Counted from the first letter of the stretch, positions 10,245 to 21,585 are shown. The stretch is DNA of 64,000 nt from Fidelibacterota bacterium (GCA_018650795.1 JABIFG010000118.1:17731-81730), one strand, 5' to 3'. Notes: generated by a model not told the origin, from the letters alone. A program made the numbers and translations.

Positions 10245-11594
10245 TTGGGATCAGTTATGCGACGTTTATTCCTGCTCTTGTTCTTGCCCATCCTCATTTT
10301 CCCCCAGGTATATATTCTGGAGGTTAAAGGAACCATTGATATGGGATTGGCATATTTCTTTGAACGCCAGATTCCCGCATTGAATGCAGCCGGTGGGGAT
10401 GCCATCCTGCTGGATATAGATACCTTTGGCGGCAGGGTAGATGCAGCCACCATGATGAAGAATGCCCTCTTGAATTCAAAAATAGAGACTTATGCTTTCA
10501 TCAATACGAAAGCCATCTCTGCAGGCTCGCTTATATCACTGGCATGTGATACCATCATTATGAGATCTGGAGCGACTATGGGGGCAACTACGGTCGTTGA
10601 TGGGCAAAGCCAGAAAGCAGGTGAGAAAGCTCAGTCCTATATGCGTGAAGAAATGGCCTCGACTGCAGAGTCCAAAGGGCGCAACCCTGACATTGCCATG
10701 GCCATGGTAGACGAATCACTGGATATTGATACACTGGTTAGTGCTGAAGGAGATACCTTATTTCTGGATGATATCGAAGGTGCTCATGAGGGCAAATTGC
10801 TTACGCTGAGAACCACTACCGCTTTGAAATATGGGATGGCTGACTATCAAATGGATTCGATTGACGAAGTCTTGGAATATTTTGATTTTTCAGATAAAGA
10901 GATCGTAAATGTCGTTCCAACCTGGTCAGAAGTAGTAGTTCGTTTTCTCACGGATCCTGTGGTCAGTTCGCTACTTATGACATTGGGATTCCTGGGACTC
11001 ATATTTGAGATACAGAGCCCGGGCTGGGGCATACCTGGAACCGTCGGTTTGCTTGCGCTCTTCCTGTTTTTCTCAACCTCATTTATTGCCGATCTCGCCA
11101 GTATGATGGAATTGTTGTTCCTGATTGGTGGAATTGTTCTCCTGGGTATCGAAGCTTTTGTGATTCCCGGGTTCGGAGTGGTGGGAATTCTAGGTATCAT
11201 CGTCATGGTTTACGCCATGTTTACGATGCTGCTGCCCATTGCGCCCACCTCGGGAGATATCAACGCAGCATTGTGGGGTTTGGTGATTGCCATCATTGGA
11301 GGCATCTTCGGGCTAGGTCTAATGATTAAACGCATGCTGAAAACCAGAGCCTGGCAGCGTATCAGCCTAAAGGAGGCAGAAACCCAAGCAGAAGGTTACA
11401 GCGGAAGCCTGGGATTAGAAGAAATGATAGGTAAGAGTGGTGTTGCGGTAACGTCTCTGCGTCCCTCCGGAACAGTGCTAATCGAGGGGCAACGACTTGA
11501 TGTTGTGACCCCTGGTACCTTTATTGATATAGATACAGAAATTACGATCATTCGGATAGATGGAAACCGGGTGGTTGTTGATAAAAAAGTTTAA
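10245..11594 (+). CDS. nfeD: NfeD-family membrane-bound ClpP-class serine protease
   Basis: N-terminal ClpP-like domain ([19 protein letters not shown]; [13 protein letters not shown]), a central polytopic TM region, and a C-terminal OB-fold beta domain. Immediately upstream of a flotillin gene. Confidence 0.75.
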   Translation: MGSVMRRLFLLLFLPILIFPQVYILEVKGTIDMGLAYFFERQIPALNAAGGDAILLDIDTFGGRVDAATMMKNALLNSKIETYAFINTKAISAGSLISLACDTIIMRSGATMGATTVVDGQSQKAGEKAQSYMREEMASTAESKGRNPDIAMAMVDESLDIDTLVSAEGDTLFLDDIEGAHEGKLLTLRTTTALKYGMADYQMDSIDEVLEYFDFSDKEIVNVVPTWSEVVVRFLTDPVVSSLLMTLGFLGLIFEIQSPGWGIPGTVGLLALFLFFSTSFIADLASMMELLFLIGGIVLLGIEAFVIPGFGVVGILGIIVMVYAMFTMLLPIAPTSGDINAALWGLVIAIIGGIFGLGLMIKRMLKTRAWQRISLKEAETQAEGYSGSLGLEEMIGKSGVAVTSLRPSGTVLIEGQRLDVVTPGTFIDIDTEITIIRIDGNRVVVDKKV

Positions 11595-11614
11595 TAAATA
11601 ACACAGGAGGAATT

Positions 11615-12589
11615 GTGGAAGCTATACCATTGATGTTCATTCTGATTGGCCTGGTAGCCTTTCTTGTTCTATTTACTTATTTCATTCCAATCGGATTGTG
11701 GATAAGCGCCGCGGCGGCACAAGTTTACGTTGGTCTTTTAACCCTGATCGGAATGAGACTTCGTCGGATTCCACCACCACTGATTATCAATTCATTGGTG
11801 AGTGCCCGAAAAGCTGGTTTGGATATGGACACCAATGTCCTGGAAGCCCATTATCTGGCTGGTGGAGACATAAATAAAGTTGTTCTAGCGCTCATTGCAG
11901 CAGATAAAGCTAATATTGATCTGGAATTTCAACGCGCTGCAGCTATTGATCTGGCTGGTCGTGATGTCCTCGATGCAGTAAAAATGAGTGTAAATCCCCG
12001 TGTGATTGAAACGCCCCGTGTTTCAGCCATCGCTAAGGATGGTATTCAGCTCTTTTCAGTAGCGAAGGTTACGGTTCGTGCCAATATCGATCGTCTTATT
12101 GGTGGAGCAGGAGAAGAAACGGTACTAGCTCGTGTAGGCGAGGGAATCGTTAGCTCAATTGGTTCCTCCGAATCACATAAGCAGGTACTGGAAAATCCTG
12201 ACATTATCTCTAAGAATGTACTGGCCAAAGGCCTGGATGCAGGCACAGCGTTTGAGATACTATCCATTGATATTGCTGATGTAGATGTCGGTAAAAACAT
12301 CGGTGCTACATTACAAATGGATCAGGCTGATGCAGACAAGAATATTGCTCAGGCTGTTGCTGAAAAACGTCGGGCCATGGCTGTTGCTGAAGAGCAGGAA
12401 ATGAAAGCCAAGACCCAGGAAATGAGGGCCAAGGTTGTGGAAGCTGAATCTGAGGTTCCACGTGCTATGGCTGAAGCCTTCCGCCAGGGTAATCTGGGTA
12501 TTCTGGACTACTATCGCATGGAAAACATTCAGGCTGATTCATCCATGAGACAGAATCTTTCTGGTCCAGACAAAACAGATAAGAAATAA
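11615..12589 (+). CDS. floA: Flotillin-like protein FloA (SPFH/band-7, YqfA/UPF0365 family)
   Basis: N-terminal TM hairpin, then [47 protein letters not shown], which matches the FloA family closely. Coiled-coil EA-rich tail. Paired with nfeD. Confidence 0.8.
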   Translation: MEAIPLMFILIGLVAFLVLFTYFIPIGLWISAAAAQVYVGLLTLIGMRLRRIPPPLIINSLVSARKAGLDMDTNVLEAHYLAGGDINKVVLALIAADKANIDLEFQRAAAIDLAGRDVLDAVKMSVNPRVIETPRVSAIAKDGIQLFSVAKVTVRANIDRLIGGAGEETVLARVGEGIVSSIGSSESHKQVLENPDIISKNVLAKGLDAGTAFEILSIDIADVDVGKNIGATLQMDQADADKNIAQAVAEKRRAMAVAEEQEMKAKTQEMRAKVVEAESEVPRAMAEAFRQGNLGILDYYRMENIQADSSMRQNLSGPDKTDKK

Positions 12590-12601
12590 GGTAATATCCT
12601 G

Positions 12602-13099
12602 ATGGATTTGGACAATCTAGGTCCAATAGTTCTCTTTATCGTTTACATGGCTATCTCTGCCTGGTCTAAGCAAAAAAAAGCCAGGCAGAGAACCAGACCA
12701 ATGGAGAAGCCCAAGGTAAAATCATCGAGTCCTTTAACTAAACCTCTGCAAGAAGTGGGTGGGATACTGGACCAACTCAAAAAAGAGTTGTTCGAAATAG
12801 ATGAGGACCCTTTAGCCTTTCAACAATCAATGCCTGAAGATGAGGAGCCTGAGGAGGAAATTGAGATCCTAGTTTCCGAGCCTGTTCCAGAGGCATCATT
12901 TGTTGAGGGCTCAAAATCGCACAGTCATGATCATCCCCTGACTACTGTGGAAATGGTGGCAGAGAGTTCTGATTCCGGTCAATCTCTGGGGGAGGTTCTT
13001 GCACCCTACTCAAAGATAGAGCAGGGTATCATTTTACATGAGATTCTGGGAAAACCCCGGGCTCGTCAAGAAAACGATGAATGGTTCCATAGGAGCTAG
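12602..13099 (+). CDS. Hypothetical membrane-anchored acidic protein (third gene of the nfeD-floA operon)
   Basis: One N-terminal TM helix (IVLFIVYMAISAW), then a low-complexity acidic region (EDEEPEEEIEI). Stop is followed by a strong bidirectional terminator. Confidence 0.4.
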   Translation: MDLDNLGPIVLFIVYMAISAWSKQKKARQRTRPMEKPKVKSSSPLTKPLQEVGGILDQLKKELFEIDEDPLAFQQSMPEDEEPEEEIEILVSEPVPEASFVEGSKSHSHDHPLTTVEMVAESSDSGQSLGEVLAPYSKIEQGIILHEILGKPRARQENDEWFHRS

Positions 13100-13119
13100 G
13101 ATAATATAGATATAAAAAA

Positions 13120-13147
13120 AGGCTGAGTCTAACTCAGCCTTTTTTTA
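13120..13147. terminator. Bidirectional rho-independent terminator between convergent genes
   Basis: AGGCTGAGTCTAACTCAGCCT hairpin flanked by an A7 run on the left and a T7 run on the right. Confidence 0.6.
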
Positions 13148-13166
13148 TACCTATTATGCAAAAGAA

Positions 13167-14432
13167 TTATTCTGTCTTGGACTCGTCAGCCTTTTTTCCC
13201 TCTTCCACTTCAGGTGTCTCAGTGTTTGCCTCTTCTTCGGCTTCAGCTGCTTCGGCCTCTGCTCGTTCATCAGCATCTTTCCGTTTAATCAAATCCTGAT
13301 CATCTTTATGTTTTGTCAACACGATGAAGGAGGTAGAGAAGCCAGTTGCCAGAGTTGCCAATGCATAAGCTGGAACTGCTAGATGAGCCAGTAACGTAAA
13401 AAATCCAACTATAACTCCTGTGATGGTCTGGGTAAGTGATGCAGAGACTACTGCCGGAACTGCAGGTGCACAACCACCACAACCTCCTCCACCACAACCT
13501 GCTGCAATTGGTTCAAATAAGCTACTTAAACAATTAGGCATCAATAGGCAGGTTGAATCACAAGCAAAATTGGCAAATAGATTGGATGGTAGGAAACTGT
13601 AATTTCCGAACAAGTCCATACCAACCTGTTTGATGGCTACATAAGCATTTCCCATGATCATCTCATGTCCAAATACCATCTCAATGAATTTGAAAGCAGA
13701 TAGAATGAAAACGTAAAAAATTTGATATCCTATCATGGCGGCTATCACTGTGATTATGGTATAGGTGATCAGCCGAACTGGCTGATTCCACAACAGAGTA
13801 TAGGACCCGAACATAGATCCCATGGTGTCCTCTTCTGCACAGGCCACAATACTGGGGGACATAAATAGCCCTACACCGAAGGCCAGCGCAGAAAATGAAA
13901 GGAAAAGTGCTGTAGGTAGAAAAAGGACAAAGAGCAGACCGTAGAAAATGATATCAAGGACTGGCCATTGAGCGAACCAGCCAAAGAGGGCTGCCAAAAG
14001 AACAAAAAATCCTACGATGATGCCAATAGATATTGGTCCAAAAAATACTGGGAACCAATTTCTAAGAGCCCATTTCCAACCATCTCTGGATGAATAGAAC
14101 AAGTCACCCTTGTACTCTTTGACGGTAATTTTAGCCACGGATGTGAGACCAAGCCAGATAACGATAATAGAAAATGTGTATGAAAGTGCAACCAGGATAT
14201 GTCCTAATGTGCTAGTAGCCAGACAACGAATCGATGTTGGCATGAGATGAAAGTCATTCCAAATACTTCCAAAAGAGTAGCCTTCAACTAGGAGTGCGAG
14301 ATATGTCATGATCAGATAGACAGTGTATGAAGCCAGTAAGGCTTCTAACATAACTAATGTGCGTCGACCGAGGGCTAATCGTGGCGCACGAAACATATCC
14401 TTGAAATTGAAATACAATTGAGTTTCAAGCAT
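13167..14432 (-). CDS. Polytopic membrane protein with a Cys/Gly cluster and an acidic C-terminal tail, function unknown
   Basis: At least 8 predicted TM helices. CGGGGCGGC and CDSTC cysteine clusters. C-terminal DADERAEAEAAEAEEEANTETPEVEE tail. No identifiable family. Confidence 0.45.
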   Translation of the reverse strand: MLETQLYFNFKDMFRAPRLALGRRTLVMLEALLASYTVYLIMTYLALLVEGYSFGSIWNDFHLMPTSIRCLATSTLGHILVALSYTFSIIVIWLGLTSVAKITVKEYKGDLFYSSRDGWKWALRNWFPVFFGPISIGIIVGFFVLLAALFGWFAQWPVLDIIFYGLLFVLFLPTALFLSFSALAFGVGLFMSPSIVACAEEDTMGSMFGSYTLLWNQPVRLITYTIITVIAAMIGYQIFYVFILSAFKFIEMVFGHEMIMGNAYVAIKQVGMDLFGNYSFLPSNLFANFACDSTCLLMPNCLSSLFEPIAAGCGGGGCGGCAPAVPAVVSASLTQTITGVIVGFFTLLAHLAVPAYALATLATGFSTSFIVLTKHKDDQDLIKRKDADERAEAEAAEAEEEANTETPEVEEGKKADESKTE

Positions 14433-14471
14433 GGGTGATTCTCCGTATTGAAGTTTTAATTTTTATGAAAA

Positions 14472-15311
14472 TTACATTTCCTGTCTGACAAAGTCGACCC
14501 AGACAGGTAGGCTGGTCACATCTTGTATTTCCTTGGCATAGGTTTCGGCATCTTTTGATTCCTGAAAATTTCCTACGCGCAGACGATAATATATTTCGTC
14601 TCTATCCTTGAAGAATGCTCTTTGGATGTAACTGTCGATGCCATATTTATCCTGTAGATCACGGGACGCAGATTGTGCTTCGTCAAGCGAAGGCCAGGAT
14701 GAAACTTGGATAGTGTATGTTCGGGCAGCCAGTGGAATCAAATTCCCACGACTGGTTAGCGCAGGTTTTGATTTTGTGGTTTTTCTTCTTTTAACAGCAC
14801 TTTTGCGCGTTTTGGTAGTTTCACCAGGGGATTTCATCTTTGAGAGGTATCGTCGTTGGACGCCATCATCTGTGAGACTTACAGAAGGTGTATCTGCAAC
14901 CGTTGTATCCTCAGTTTGAGCTGCCTCAAAGAGATGATCAGGTAATTCACCTTCCACAACGGTATCGTCTTCACTCATAACTATATCATAATAATAGTTG
15001 GTCTGTTCAGTCTCCCCATCAATAGTGACTTCCAGAACCACATCGTAAGACCCGGCAAAATCCGGCAAAAATGAAACTAAATCAAGCGTATCAGAAGGCA
15101 GAAAGCCAAGCAATTTGCTGCTGTCGGGGAGTTGGGCAAAAATCCAGTTTACTTGCTGTCCTTCGACAGATTCTTCAACTTGGAGGGTAATATATTCACC
15201 CAGTTTGACCTCTTCGCGTCCAAATCGGCTATTCCACATGTCGCAGTTGACGATAATGCTTAGAACAATCAGAATCAATAAAGCGCGCTTAAATAGAACA
15301 TTATTAGTCAT
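14472..15311 (-). CDS. SPOR-domain (peptidoglycan-binding) lipoprotein
   Basis: Lipoprotein signal (LSIIVNC), an acidic linker and a basic stretch, then a C-terminal YTIQVSSWPSLDEAQSASRDLQDKYG...YRLRVGNFQSKDAETYAKEI segment matching the SPOR fold pattern. Confidence 0.5.
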   Translation of the reverse strand: MTNNVLFKRALLILIVLSIIVNCDMWNSRFGREEVKLGEYITLQVEESVEGQQVNWIFAQLPDSSKLLGFLPSDTLDLVSFLPDFAGSYDVVLEVTIDGETEQTNYYYDIVMSEDDTVVEGELPDHLFEAAQTEDTTVADTPSVSLTDDGVQRRYLSKMKSPGETTKTRKSAVKRRKTTKSKPALTSRGNLIPLAARTYTIQVSSWPSLDEAQSASRDLQDKYGIDSYIQRAFFKDRDEIYYRLRVGNFQESKDAETYAKEIQDVTSLPVWVDFVRQEM

Positions 15312-15337
15312 TTCTGCCTCCTGATACAGGCTAATAA

Positions 15338-15766
15338 TTAGAGATTAGAGGCGATAATTTCAGCCTCACTGAAGAAAAATGCAATCTCTTTCTCAGCATT
15401 CTCATCTGAGTCAGATCCATGAACAGCATTTCTGCCCTTATTCTCTGCATACATTTTACGAATTGTGCCATCAGCAGCATCGGCTGGATCGGTCGCACCA
15501 ATGGCGTCTCTCCAGGCCTGAACTGCGTTATCTTTTTCCAGTGCCATAACAAATGTTGGACCAGAGGACATGAAGTCAACCAGCTCACCATAGAAGGGGC
15601 GTTCTCTGTGTACAGCATAAAATGATTCAGCTTGCGCCCGCGTAATCAAAGTCAGACGACCCCCTTTAATCTCAAATCCAGCCTGTAGTGTAGCATCGAT
15701 GACTTTTCCAAGCTTGCCCGATGCAACTGCATCAGGTTTTATCATTGCGAATGTTTTGTTACCCAA
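15338..15766 (-). CDS. ndk: Nucleoside diphosphate kinase
   Basis: KTFAMIKPDAV, NAVHGSDS and the active-site His region. 142 aa. Confidence 0.9.
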   Translation of the reverse strand: MGNKTFAMIKPDAVASGKLGKVIDATLQAGFEIKGGRLTLITRAQAESFYAVHRERPFYGELVDFMSSGPTFVMALEKDNAVQAWRDAIGATDPADAADGTIRKMYAENKGRNAVHGSDSDENAEKEIAFFFSEAEIIASNL

Positions 15767-15823
15767 AATCTTTACTCCTATTTCATTATATGTGTCTTGC
15801 TGAGCCTGTCGAAGTATGACCCA

Positions 15824-16696
15824 TTATTTGTTTAAAATTTCTTCCATGAGTTCACCAATTCCGGCAGGGCTTTCAGAAACAGCAATACCTGCGGCTTTAA
15901 GTGCTGCGATTTTATCCGATGCAGTTCCTTTGCCTCCAGAAATGATTGCGCCTGCATGACCCATACGACGTCCCGGAGGAGCCGTAGTACCAGCAATAAA
16001 TGCCACAATTGGTTTGGTGAAGTTTTTTTGTGCCCATTCGGCAGCTTCTTCTTCAGCTGTTCCACCGATTTCACCAATCATAACCACAGCATCCGTACCT
16101 TCATCCCTGTTAAAAAGATCAAGGAGGTCGATAAAGTTTGAGCCAATGATAGGATCACCACCGATACCGATACAGGTTGACTGTCCGATACCACGTGAGC
16201 TCAACTGATGAACGGCTTCATAGGTCAGAGTTCCACTTCTTGAAATGACTCCCACCTTACCCTGCTGATGGATAAAACCGGGCATAATACCAATCTTACC
16301 AGCTCCAGGTGAAATAACACCCGGGCAGTTTGGACCAACCATGCGCGTTTTCTTGCCAGCCATATATTCATGAACCTTAACCATGTCTGCTGTCGGGATG
16401 CCTTCAGTGATACAAATGACCAGATCCAAGTCTGCATCGACAGCTTCCATGATGGCATCAGCCGCAAATGGAGGGGGGACAAAGATGACGGAGGTGTTGG
16501 CTTGAGTTATGTTCTTGGCCTCTTGAACCGTATTGAAAATCGGTACACCAGCCTCAGTCTTTTGTCCACCTTTGCCCGGTGTGACACCGGCTACAACCTG
16601 GGTACCGTATTCTAACATCTGGGTAGTGTGGAAGGATCCTTCACTTCCTGTAATACCCTGAACAACAAGTTTTGTATCATTATTTACCAGAATCAT
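15824..16696 (-). CDS. sucD: Succinyl-CoA synthetase alpha subunit
   Basis: CoA-binding N-terminus (VQGITGSEG) and the phosphohistidine loop MGHAGAII. Confidence 0.9.
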   Translation of the reverse strand: MILVNNDTKLVVQGITGSEGSFHTTQMLEYGTQVVAGVTPGKGGQKTEAGVPIFNTVQEAKNITQANTSVIFVPPPFAADAIMEAVDADLDLVICITEGIPTADMVKVHEYMAGKKTRMVGPNCPGVISPGAGKIGIMPGFIHQQGKVGVISRSGTLTYEAVHQLSSRGIGQSTCIGIGGDPIIGSNFIDLLDLFNRDEGTDAVVMIGEIGGTAEEEAAEWAQKNFTKPIVAFIAGTTAPPGRRMGHAGAIISGGKGTASDKIAALKAAGIAVSESPAGIGELMEEILNK

Positions 16697-16700
16697 GCGA

Positions 16701-17864
16701 TCACTCCTTGATGGCTGCAGTAACTTTTTCTGCAGCTTCAGCCAGACTTGTGGCTACAATAAAATCAATATCCGAACTAGCCAGAAGTTTGGCTCCTTCT
16801 TCTGCATTGGTACCAGCCAGTCTCACCACGATAGGTACATCCACCTTCACCTTTTCAAGTGCTAAAATGATACCCATTGCCACGCGATCACATCTGACAA
16901 TTCCACCAAAAATGTTTATCAATACAGCTTTAACATTGGAATCACTCATAATGATACGGAATCCATTCGAAACCGTGTCCGGGTTGGCAACACCACCAAC
17001 ATCGAGGAAATTGGCAGGCTCACCGCCGTATAATTTGATTATATCCATGGTACCCATGGCCAGGCCTGCGCCATTGACCATGCAGCCTACATTTCCATCT
17101 AATTTGATGTAATTGAGATTGTAGCTGCTCGCTTCAACTTCTGAAGGCTCTTCTTCGCTAAGATCCCGATACTCGAGTATATCTGAGTGTCTATATAGTG
17201 CATTATCGTCAAAATTCATTTTGGCATCCAGGGCCATGACATCACCACTACCGGTCACAACAAGAGGGTTGATTTCCACGAGTGATGCATCTGAGGCATT
17301 GAACGCATCCCAGAGAGCAAACATGAATTTGACTGCTTCTCTTACCTGGACACCCTCTAGACCCAAAGCATAAGCAAGCTTCCGAGCCTGGAAAGCCTGG
17401 AGACCAATACCTGGTTCTATCCATTCCTTGATGATTTTTTCTGGGGCTTCAGAGGCGACTTTTTCAATTTCCATACCACCTTCGATGGAAACCATAAAGA
17501 CGAACTGTCCCGTTTGACGATCCAGTACAATACCCATATACAGTTCTTTGGCTATATCGATGCCTTCTTCGACCAGCAAACGACCCACAGTTTTCCCGGC
17601 AGGACCTGTCTGATGGGTCACCAGTGTTTTACCTAAAATTTCGTTGGCGTACAGTGTGACTTCGTCAAGGTTTTTGGCAATTTTCACACCACCGGCCTTA
17701 CCGCGTCCCCCTGCATGAATCTGGGCTTTGACTACAAAGATATTTGAGTCAAGAGATTTGGCTACGCTTAAAGCCTCTTCTGCAGAAAAGGCGACACCAC
17801 CGTTGGGTACGGGGACATTGTATTTCCGAAAGATCTCTTTCGCCTGATACTCATGAATATTCAT
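16701..17864 (-). CDS. sucC: Succinyl-CoA synthetase beta subunit (ATP-grasp)
   Basis: [21 protein letters not shown]-terminus, [10 protein letters not shown], and the C-terminal ligase-CoA domain. 4-nt spacing to sucD. Confidence 0.9.
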   Translation of the reverse strand: MNIHEYQAKEIFRKYNVPVPNGGVAFSAEEALSVAKSLDSNIFVVKAQIHAGGRGKAGGVKIAKNLDEVTLYANEILGKTLVTHQTGPAGKTVGRLLVEEGIDIAKELYMGIVLDRQTGQFVFMVSIEGGMEIEKVASEAPEKIIKEWIEPGIGLQAFQARKLAYALGLEGVQVREAVKFMFALWDAFNASDASLVEINPLVVTGSGDVMALDAKMNFDDNALYRHSDILEYRDLSEEEPSEVEASSYNLNYIKLDGNVGCMVNGAGLAMGTMDIIKLYGGEPANFLDVGGVANPDTVSNGFRIIMSDSNVKAVLINIFGGIVRCDRVAMGIILALEKVKVDVPIVVRLAGTNAEEGAKLLASSDIDFIVATSLAEAAEKVTAAIKE

Positions 17865-17925
17865 GTATTACTTCCTCTTATTTGTCAGTGATCTCAAATT
17901 CATTGAGATCGTCATTATAAAATAA

Positions 17926-18891
17926 TCAATGCGTGATAATGGTTCCGTTTTGTCCTGAGGTATCTTTTTTGATACTCTCTATGCTGGTGATAATAACCTG
18001 CTTGCCGCCACCTTCCAGGAATTGGATGCTGGCTTCAATTTTTGGTCCCATATTACCAGGGGGGAAATGCCCTTGAGCCAGATATTGTTTCGCTTCAGCC
18101 AGAGTGAGATTTGCCAGAAGCTGTTCATTCTCTTGGCCAAAATTCAAGGCGACTCGTTCAATATTGGTAAAAATATACAATAACTCTGCACCAATCTGTG
18201 TCCCCAGAAGGGCAGAGGCTTTGTCCTTATCTATGACCGCATCCAGACCTTCAAGATTACCATCAATATCTCTAAAAGCCGGTACTCCACCACCGCCCAC
18301 TGCGATGACGATATGACCCAACTCAATGAGTTGACTAACAACAGATGAGTTGATGATATTGATGGGCTGGGGAGAGGGGACTACCCTGCGCCACTGGCCA
18401 TCGCTAATTGGCTTAATGTTCCAACCAAATTGTTCAGCTTTTTCGTGAGCCTCAGCTTCAGGAAGCGCAGTACCAATATACTTGGTAGGATCTTCAATGG
18501 ATGGGTCGGCTTTGTCAACCAATACCTGGGAGATCAGAGTAACGACTTTACGTTTGATCCCTTCCTCCCTGAGGCGGTTGAGCAGGGATTGTTCTATCAT
18601 GTAACCCATCCCACCTTCGGTATCAGCAACATTAATACCCAGAGGCAAATAAGGGAGTGAATCGGCCAACTGTTCAGTGCGTAATGCGGCATTGCCAACT
18701 TGAGGTCCATTACCGTGTGTGATTACCGGAATGATGTCTTGTTTTAAGAGATCAATAATGGCATCCAGACTTTTTCTAGTACGTTTAAACTGGGTAGTGA
18801 TCGAGTCCACTTCTCCCGGGGGAGAGATGGCATTACCACCTAAGGCTACGACTGCTTTTCGCAATAGTTTCTCCTTCAAAATTAAAAGCAA
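17926..18891 (-). CDS. arcC: Carbamate kinase
   Basis: Amino-acid-kinase fold: VVALGGNA, ITHGNGPQVG, and the C-terminal GGGVP motif. About 320 aa, typical of ArcC. Confidence 0.75.
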   Translation of the reverse strand: MLLILKEKLLRKAVVALGGNAISPPGEVDSITTQFKRTRKSLDAIIDLLKQDIIPVITHGNGPQVGNAALRTEQLADSLPYLPLGINVADTEGGMGYMIEQSLLNRLREEGIKRKVVTLISQVLVDKADPSIEDPTKYIGTALPEAEAHEKAEQFGWNIKPISDGQWRRVVPSPQPINIINSSVVSQLIELGHIVIAVGGGGVPAFRDIDGNLEGLDAVIDKDKASALLGTQIGAELLYIFTNIERVALNFGQENEQLLANLTLAEAKQYLAQGHFPPGNMGPKIEASIQFLEGGGKQVIITSIESIKKDTSGQNGTIITH

Positions 18892-18994
18892 AGTAATGTA
18901 TTTGCTGTATTATGAAACTCAACCCAAATCAAGCGATTCAGGCGATTTTGTTAGTTTAAAGGAGAACTAATATTGCTTGATAATATTGACGTAC

Positions 18995-19720
18995 TCAGTC
19001 CTGAATGGCATCCTCGGTTTCATCCTCAAACATGTAGTCAGGAATACCCCGATTAACCTTATAGTTTTTGAATTGAATACTGATGGAACCATCGAGCCAC
19101 TCATTGGTCATCTGAGCTTCAAAATCCCGCATATCAGTAGGCTTTTTCCCAAGACGTTGGATGTTCTGGAAATCAGGAGGGAGAGTCATATTGATAACAG
19201 TCGATTTTGGTAAATAAATCCCATCAACTTCGTCATATTCAGAAGTGAGTCGGAAAAATTCTCTGGAGTCATGCACAACCCAGGCTTCTGTGATATTTCC
19301 AGTCTTCTGTTCCACAAAGAAACTGATTTTGCCGGCTTGATTCATAAAAGTGTCTTCCAGAGCAACCTCATAGACGGCTTTCCCATTCACCAGTGAGTCA
19401 TTTAATACCTGGAGAGAGAGAGAGTCCCTTAGGAATGTAAAAAACGGCTGAATACCCTGTTTGGGGATAATTGCAAATCCCTTAACCTCTACTTTACTTT
19501 TATCAGGGGACTTGTATAAATAATGAATTTTGCGAGAAGGCATGCGAAATCCCGGGATGTCCAAAGCAAGCTTGATATCGACTTCATAGTCTTCAATACG
19601 TTCCCAGTTACCCAACATGAGATCCTGTAATTCCTGTGAGTCCGGATATTCCTGAGTCCACGATCCTATGGCCAGAGCGTAAAGAATTATAAAAACAATG
19701 GATCTATGTATGTGATTCAT
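18995..19720 (-). CDS. Secreted accessory protein of an ABC-2 exporter (function unknown)
   Basis: Signal peptide. Co-oriented with, and 4-nt overlapping, the ABC-2 permease. Confidence 0.4.
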   Translation of the reverse strand: MNHIHRSIVFIILYALAIGSWTQEYPDSQELQDLMLGNWERIEDYEVDIKLALDIPGFRMPSRKIHYLYKSPDKSKVEVKGFAIIPKQGIQPFFTFLRDSLSLQVLNDSLVNGKAVYEVALEDTFMNQAGKISFFVEQKTGNITEAWVVHDSREFFRLTSEYDEVDGIYLPKSTVINMTLPPDFQNIQRLGKKPTDMRDFEAQMTNEWLDGSISIQFKNYKVNRGIPDYMFEDETEDAIQD

Positions 19721-20559
19721 GAAAGGATATCCTTTCTACGGAAGATGATGAGAGCAATACCGAGATACATCACAATATTGGATACGATAAGACCCAGACC
19801 TCGGAATAAATCGTCCCAGGGAATCGGATCGAAAAAAGCCTGCTCCCAGTTTGAAAAATAGGTGGTAAAGAGATAGGGTTGGATGCTTTTGAACACATCC
19901 AACGGGAGTGTTGATACCATGAGAATAAAAATGAACAAGGCCATGGTCCCAATGACTGGCCCTACTGCATTTCTGACCATGGTAGAAAAGAAAATGGCGA
20001 TGGAGCTCACCAGTACCATATTCATAAATGAGAAGAAGTAGGCGATGAAAAATCGGATTAACGCATCTCCTGATTCAAGAATGAGCACACCGTTATGAAA
20101 AACTAACATGTCACCCCCGCCATGCCATAACAGTCCTAGCCCCAGTGTTAACAATCCGAAGTAAAAGACAAAGATGAAGGTATAAATTGTAGTCGCCAGA
20201 ACTTTGGATGTGAAAATACTCAAGCGCGAAATAGGTCGAGTCGCGTAAACCCTGAAGGTCCCATTGGCATGTTCGCCGGCAAAAATATCGCCACCCACCA
20301 GTGCCAGCAAAAAAGGAATATGAATCCAGAAGAAATTCATTATAAAATAGGCTGCCGTAAAACCATTGGTTGGAGAGCCTTCAATAAAAAACATTGCTGA
20401 GACAGAGCTTTCGATTTCAGCCTCAATGTGGCTTGTGCCCATGCCGTAGCCCCACAGGATGAGCGGGACAATTCCAGTAAACAGAATGATACCTATATAA
20501 GAGCGCACCAACGAGAAAATCTTGTAGAGTTCATTTTGAGTGAGTTTTAAGAGTATCAT
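19717..20559 (-). CDS. ABC-2 type transporter permease
   Basis: Six-TM permease directly downstream of the ABC ATPase, with 4-nt overlaps. Confidence 0.6.
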   Translation of the reverse strand: MILLKLTQNELYKIFSLVRSYIGIILFTGIVPLILWGYGMGTSHIEAEIESSVSAMFFIEGSPTNGFTAAYFIMNFFWIHIPFLLALVGGDIFAGEHANGTFRVYATRPISRLSIFTSKVLATTIYTFIFVFYFGLLTLGLGLLWHGGGDMLVFHNGVLILESGDALIRFFIAYFFSFMNMVLVSSIAIFFSTMVRNAVGPVIGTMALFIFILMVSTLPLDVFKSIQPYLFTTYFSNWEQAFFDPIPWDDLFRGLGLIVSNIVMYLGIALIIFRRKDILS

Positions 20560-21518
20560 TTCCCCTCCATGAGTGAGAGAAAGTAGTTCTCCAGTCGATT
20601 TCGCTGAGAAACCGAGAAAATGTTAATCTTAGCACCGGACATGAGCCGAATGAGTTCAGGAATTTTATTGTAGTGAATCTCAATACTGATGGCATTAGCC
20701 AGTGGAGTGATCTGAGTAACCAGATCATTTTTCTCAAGAAAGTCAAGCGTAGCCTTCGAATCCTCTACCTCCAGTTCAATCGTCACATTATCTATTTCTC
20801 GGAAGATGTTTTGCATCGAGCCCTGGGCAGCCAGTTTGCCATTAAAAATGAGAGCAATGTCCGAGCAGATCAGTTCAACCTCATGAAGTAGGTGAGAGGA
20901 CAGAAAAATGGTTACATTCTGTTCAGCGGCAATTTTCAGAATAAAATCGCGAATTTCATGCATACCCTGGGGGTCCAGACCTGTAGTGGGCTCATCTAGA
21001 ACCAGGAGCTTAGGGTTAGGCAGTAAAGACTGGGCCAGGCCTAGACGTTGTTTCATGCCCTGAGAGAAGGTTTTTACCTTATCCTTACGACGTTCATACA
21101 AACCCAGAAGATCTAATAATCTATTGATGTGTTCGTCGCTGTCATGTCCTGTAATTCGCCCAAGCAGCTTCATGTTCTGATAAGCACTGAGATTTTTATA
21201 GAAATCAGCACGATCCACTAGAGCACTCATATCTTTCCGTACTCCGTGGCCGGAAAGACTGGAATTTCCCAGGATATCAAAGTGTCCTTTGTCAGCAGCA
21301 ATGAGTCCCGCAAACACCCTGATTAAGGTGGATTTTCCCGCCCCATTTGGTCCTAGAAATCCAAAAATGGATCCTCGAGGTACTGAGATACTCACATCAT
21401 CCAGTGCCTGGATCGTTTTGAATCGTTTGGATATCCCATGGCAGGCCAGTGCTGGAGTGCCAATATCGCTGAGAGTAGGGTCGCCTGATGGGGGTGTGGT
21501 CAATTCAGTTTCAGTCAT
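20556..21518 (-). CDS. ABC transporter ATP-binding protein
   Basis: Walker A GPNGAGKST, signature FSQGMKQRLGLAQ, Walker B LLVLDEPTTGLD. Confidence 0.8.
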   Translation of the reverse strand: MTETELTTPPSGDPTLSDIGTPALACHGISKRFKTIQALDDVSISVPRGSIFGFLGPNGAGKSTLIRVFAGLIAADKGHFDILGNSSLSGHGVRKDMSALVDRADFYKNLSAYQNMKLLGRITGHDSDEHINRLLDLLGLYERRKDKVKTFSQGMKQRLGLAQSLLPNPKLLVLDEPTTGLDPQGMHEIRDFILKIAAEQNVTIFLSSHLLHEVELICSDIALIFNGKLAAQGSMQNIFREIDNVTIELEVEDSKATLDFLEKNDLVTQITPLANAISIEIHYNKIPELIRLMSGAKINIFSVSQRNRLENYFLSLMEGK

Positions 21519-21585
21519 AATACTGTCGCTTGTTTTTGAGGATTATTAGACATGTAAAAATCTACCTGCCACGTGAAGCATTAGT

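Noticed and set aside
17926-18891. Carbamate kinase as part of an arginine deiminase (arcABC) operon
   Set aside because: No arcA or arcB is adjacent. It is flanked by sucC and an ABC-2 exporter, so it is annotated only as a stand-alone carbamate kinase-fold enzyme.
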